A stretch of 64,000 nt of DNA. Origin: Candidatus Latescibacterota bacterium. GTDB taxonomy: Bacteria > Latescibacterota > UBA2968 > GCA-2709665. The position numbers and the translations under genes are program-made. Of this stretch, positions 61,441 to 64,000 are shown piece by piece; position 1 is the stretch's first letter, and the number at the start of each line of letters is the position of its first letter. The DNA is taken from NCBI GenBank assembly GCA_963667175.2, contig CAXXXF010000004.1:224001-288000 (forward strand). Reading direction: 5' to 3'. The notes under the pieces were generated by a model, which did not search any database, was not told the origin of the DNA, and saw only the letters and a program-made list of their open reading frames with translations.

Positions 61441-62682
61441 TTACGCGCGATTCCGATCGGCTACTTCCCGGACAATCTGCGCGGCGAGTTCGCAGTGTTC
61501 GGGTTCATATCGTTCGCAGAATGACGTCCAGCGTATGAAGGACTCCAGGAATCTCCGGGCATTCGGACAGGTATCCCCGTCATACGAATACTCCCTTGAA
61601 GCCGGGGGCATGGAATAGGGATGCAGCTTCTTTTTTGCCTTTTCTGAGAGGAAGGGCAGGGCCGGGGGCATCAGGTAATAACGTCCCATGCCCGTGCCAG
61701 GAATTCCCCCGTCCGCGACCTGTTGCGCGAATTCATCCGGGGTACAGGCGAAGGCGTCGGGGTCGACGCTGAAGCCGGTCATCCAGCAGGAGTAGACGTC
61801 CATGTAATCCGGAATCGGAAGCGGGGCAATGCCCGGGATATCCTCCAGTTTTTCCGTGAGCAACCGGATCATCCGGTCGCGCTGTTCCACGTTGGGACGG
61901 ATGATCTCGAGCTGCGCCAGGGAAATGGCGGCGGTGCACTGGGGCATGCGGTGGGCGAACCCGGGCACAACGTGCTGCCGCCCGAACCCCTCCAGCACTT
62001 GGCCGCCGCGGCTGTGGCCGATGAATCGCATGCGTTCAGCCAGGTCATCGTCGTCGGTCACGACGCAGCCGCCAACGTCCGAACCCATGGTCTTTTCGGA
62101 ATCGAAAGAAAAAGCGCCCGCATCGGACAGAACTCCCGCCAACCGACCCCTGTATTCCCCGAAAACAGCCTGGCAGACGTCTTCATAGACGACGAGACCG
62201 TGTTTGCCGGCGAGTTCGACAATGGGGTCCATATCGCAGATCGTTCCGGTCATGTGCACAACCAGAATCGCGCGCGTGCGATCCGTGATACAGGGCTCGA
62301 TGGTTTCGGCGCTGCTGACCAGCGTCCCGGCATCGGTGTCCGCGAAGACCGGGATATAGTTCTCCCGGATAAGCCCCTGCACGGTACCGTAGTCCGTGAC
62401 GGAACTGACAACGATCTCGTCCCCCGGATCAAACGCCAATGCGCATGCCAGAACGGCCAGAGCCGGCGTGCAACCCGGCGTGGCGACGCAGTGCTTCACA
62501 CCCATCTCTTCGGCGAATGCGTCTTCGAATCGCCCGATCATGTTGCACGTCAGACCCGATTCGACCACCTCCTGGAGGTAGGTCATTGCGTTGGGTCCGA
62601 TGGTGCGCGGAAAGGGTTGAGGCAGCGTGCCGGCCAACCCCGCGGCGGCATCCGCGCCGTATCGTGCCCGCTCGACGGTCAT
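61441..62682 (-). CDS. DegT/DnrJ/EryC1/StrS family aminotransferase
   Basis: PGDEIVV, VYEDVCQA, FSFDSEKTM..GG. Confidence 0.88.
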   Translation of the reverse strand: MTVERARYGADAAAGLAGTLPQPFPRTIGPNAMTYLQEVVESGLTCNMIGRFEDAFAEEMGVKHCVATPGCTPALAVLACALAFDPGDEIVVSSVTDYGTVQGLIRENYIPVFADTDAGTLVSSAETIEPCITDRTRAILVVHMTGTICDMDPIVELAGKHGLVVYEDVCQAVFGEYRGRLAGVLSDAGAFSFDSEKTMGSDVGGCVVTDDDDLAERMRFIGHSRGGQVLEGFGRQHVVPGFAHRMPQCTAAISLAQLEIIRPNVEQRDRMIRLLTEKLEDIPGIAPLPIPDYMDVYSCWMTGFSVDPDAFACTPDEFAQQVADGGIPGTGMGRYYLMPPALPFLSEKAKKKLHPYSMPPASREYSYDGDTCPNARRFLESFIRWTSFCERYEPEHCELAAQIVREVADRNRA

Positions 62683-62713
62683 GGCTCATCCTTTCAGATA
62701 TTGCTTCCGAAGG

Positions 62714-63466
62714 CTATTTCTTTGCCTGATCGGCGTACATTTCTTTAGAATAGACGTGGGGTTGTATCTCGCGGTTCGTGGCGTCGATCATGCCCTGAAG
62801 ATATTCGACGGTTTTCTGAACCGCGGCATCCACCAGAATCCGGCCCAGTTCTTCCGTGGCTTTCATCGGCTGCTGGTCCTCCTGGTCCTGCATGGCATCG
62901 TGCCGGATGTTCTCCGGGCAGATGACCATGGCCATGGCGGTTTCGTATTCGCCCGCATGGCCGGGCACTCGGCTCGTACAGTGCTGCTCGGCAATTTCAC
63001 GACTCAGGTTCCAGTAGGAATGAAACTGTACATTGGCTTCCGGGGCGGTGAGTTGAAAGAACAGTTGCCACTGCCGGAGGATGCCCATCATGGGAGCTTC
63101 GTTGCCCCCGTGTCCATTGAGAATCAGCACGTTATTGACACCGTGGCGAACCAGGCTCTCGACAGCGTCGAAGAGTACTGCCAGCCAGCTGCCGGGTTTG
63201 GCGGTGACGGTTCCCTTATGGATCATGTGATGCTCGGAGATGCCCACCGCCATAGGTACGTTCACGACGACGTTGGGGTAGAGTCTTCCGGCGGCTTCGG
63301 TGGCCACGTAGGTCGCCGCGCGGATATCGTACTCCATGGCCAGGTGCTCGAGGTGCTGTTCATTGCTCCCCGTTGGAATGACGGCGGTTCCGAACTTTCC
63401 GGCGTCCAGGGCTTCCCGGAATTCTCTGCGGGTGAATTTGGCCACCGCGACTTCCTGGTTGGGCAT
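62714..63466 (-). CDS. creatininase family amidohydrolase
   Basis: GSNEQH..HL..D, LNGHGGN, HAGEYET. Confidence 0.9.
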   Translation of the reverse strand: MPNQEVAVAKFTRREFREALDAGKFGTAVIPTGSNEQHLEHLAMEYDIRAATYVATEAAGRLYPNVVVNVPMAVGISEHHMIHKGTVTAKPGSWLAVLFDAVESLVRHGVNNVLILNGHGGNEAPMMGILRQWQLFFQLTAPEANVQFHSYWNLSREIAEQHCTSRVPGHAGEYETAMAMVICPENIRHDAMQDQEDQQPMKATEELGRILVDAAVQKTVEYLQGMIDATNREIQPHVYSKEMYADQAKK

Positions 63467-63526
63467 ACTGAATCTCCTTCTCGCGTTTTTCATTCAGAAA
63501 ACGGAACGCCCATGGATGGTCCGGAT

Positions 63527-64000
63527 TCAGACCCCCGTCTTGACGCGGGCGAAGTTGACGGTATCGTCCAGTACGATGAGGGCCAGATAGGTCGTGACAT
63601 CCGTTCTGGACGGATCCAAATCCGCGATTCTTCCCCGGAACCAGTCCAGCCGCTTTTCGTTCCAGGGCTCGATCGTACCTGTATTGCGATTGAAATCGCC
63701 GATTTCAGAGCCGGTTTTGCGATAGTGTTCGTCGATCCAGTCGGATATCTCCTCGTCGGTGCGGCCCGCCCTGATGGCATCGGTAAAGTCGCCCATGGTA
63801 ACCCCGATGAATTCCGCGACCATCCTGTCCAGGCCGGACTCTTCCGCGTATTTGTAATCCCCCAGCAACCCGTGGATGGCCGCCCTGCCCTTGTCGATCA
63901 TCCGGGCCAGGCCGAAGAGCCCGCCCACGGCAACGTCGTAAGGGCTTCTCGGAGGGTGGCGCGTCAGATCCACAACGCCGAAAGACACTTCATCATCCAC
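63527..64000 (-). CDS. DUF5069-domain protein (5' end probably outside the window)
   Basis: DLTRHPPRSPY..GGLFGLARMIDKGRA. Confidence 0.75.
   Translation of the reverse strand: MDDEVSFGVVDLTRHPPRSPYDVAVGGLFGLARMIDKGRAAIHGLLGDYKYAEESGLDRMVAEFIGVTMGDFTDAIRAGRTDEEISDWIDEHYRKTGSEIGDFNRNTGTIEPWNEKRLDWFRGRIADLDPSRTDVTTYLALIVLDDTVNFARVKTGV

Overview
Window from a high-GC bacterium (the heparinase-like, C45, DegT and AKR-like genes suggest a Latescibacterota/Gemmatimonadota-like lineage; inference only) with four blocks. (1) 1-11.7 kb: a lower-GC, minus-strand defence island. It holds type I hsdM/hsdS with no hsdR, Kiwa-like kwaAB, a DUF6978-like/DUF1828 pair, and a SLATT-TGT-OGG-QueC module resembling type IV CBASS; its QueC start (98..1) is missing from the ORF track. 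Several decayed restriction-modification relics lie in the spacers. (2) 12.6-40.8 kb: a 28-kb co-oriented bioenergetic cluster. Complex I (nuoA, CD, E, F, G, H, J, K, L, M, N, with no nuoB or nuoI) has a 10-gene Mrp cassette with three MrpD-like subunits between nuoM and nuoN, followed by an F1Fo ATP synthase operon carrying two MITE copies. (3) 42-50.8 kb: a second accessory island with MNT-HEPN, two full and one truncated Fic, an ORF-less group II intron relic, and a three-gene operon (TIGR04255-like, hypothetical, MBL-fold nuclease). That operon becomes fully translationally coupled once a MITE and an IS1380 are removed, and it is my best candidate for an undescribed defence system. (4) 50.9-64 kb: Yip1, a heparinase II/III-like protein, a GxxExxY gene flanked by repeats that copy the neighbouring gene tails, and a minus-strand hydrolase/aminotransferase cluster. 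No rRNA, tRNA or CRISPR array was seen. All family assignments are by eye from motifs, not from database searches.
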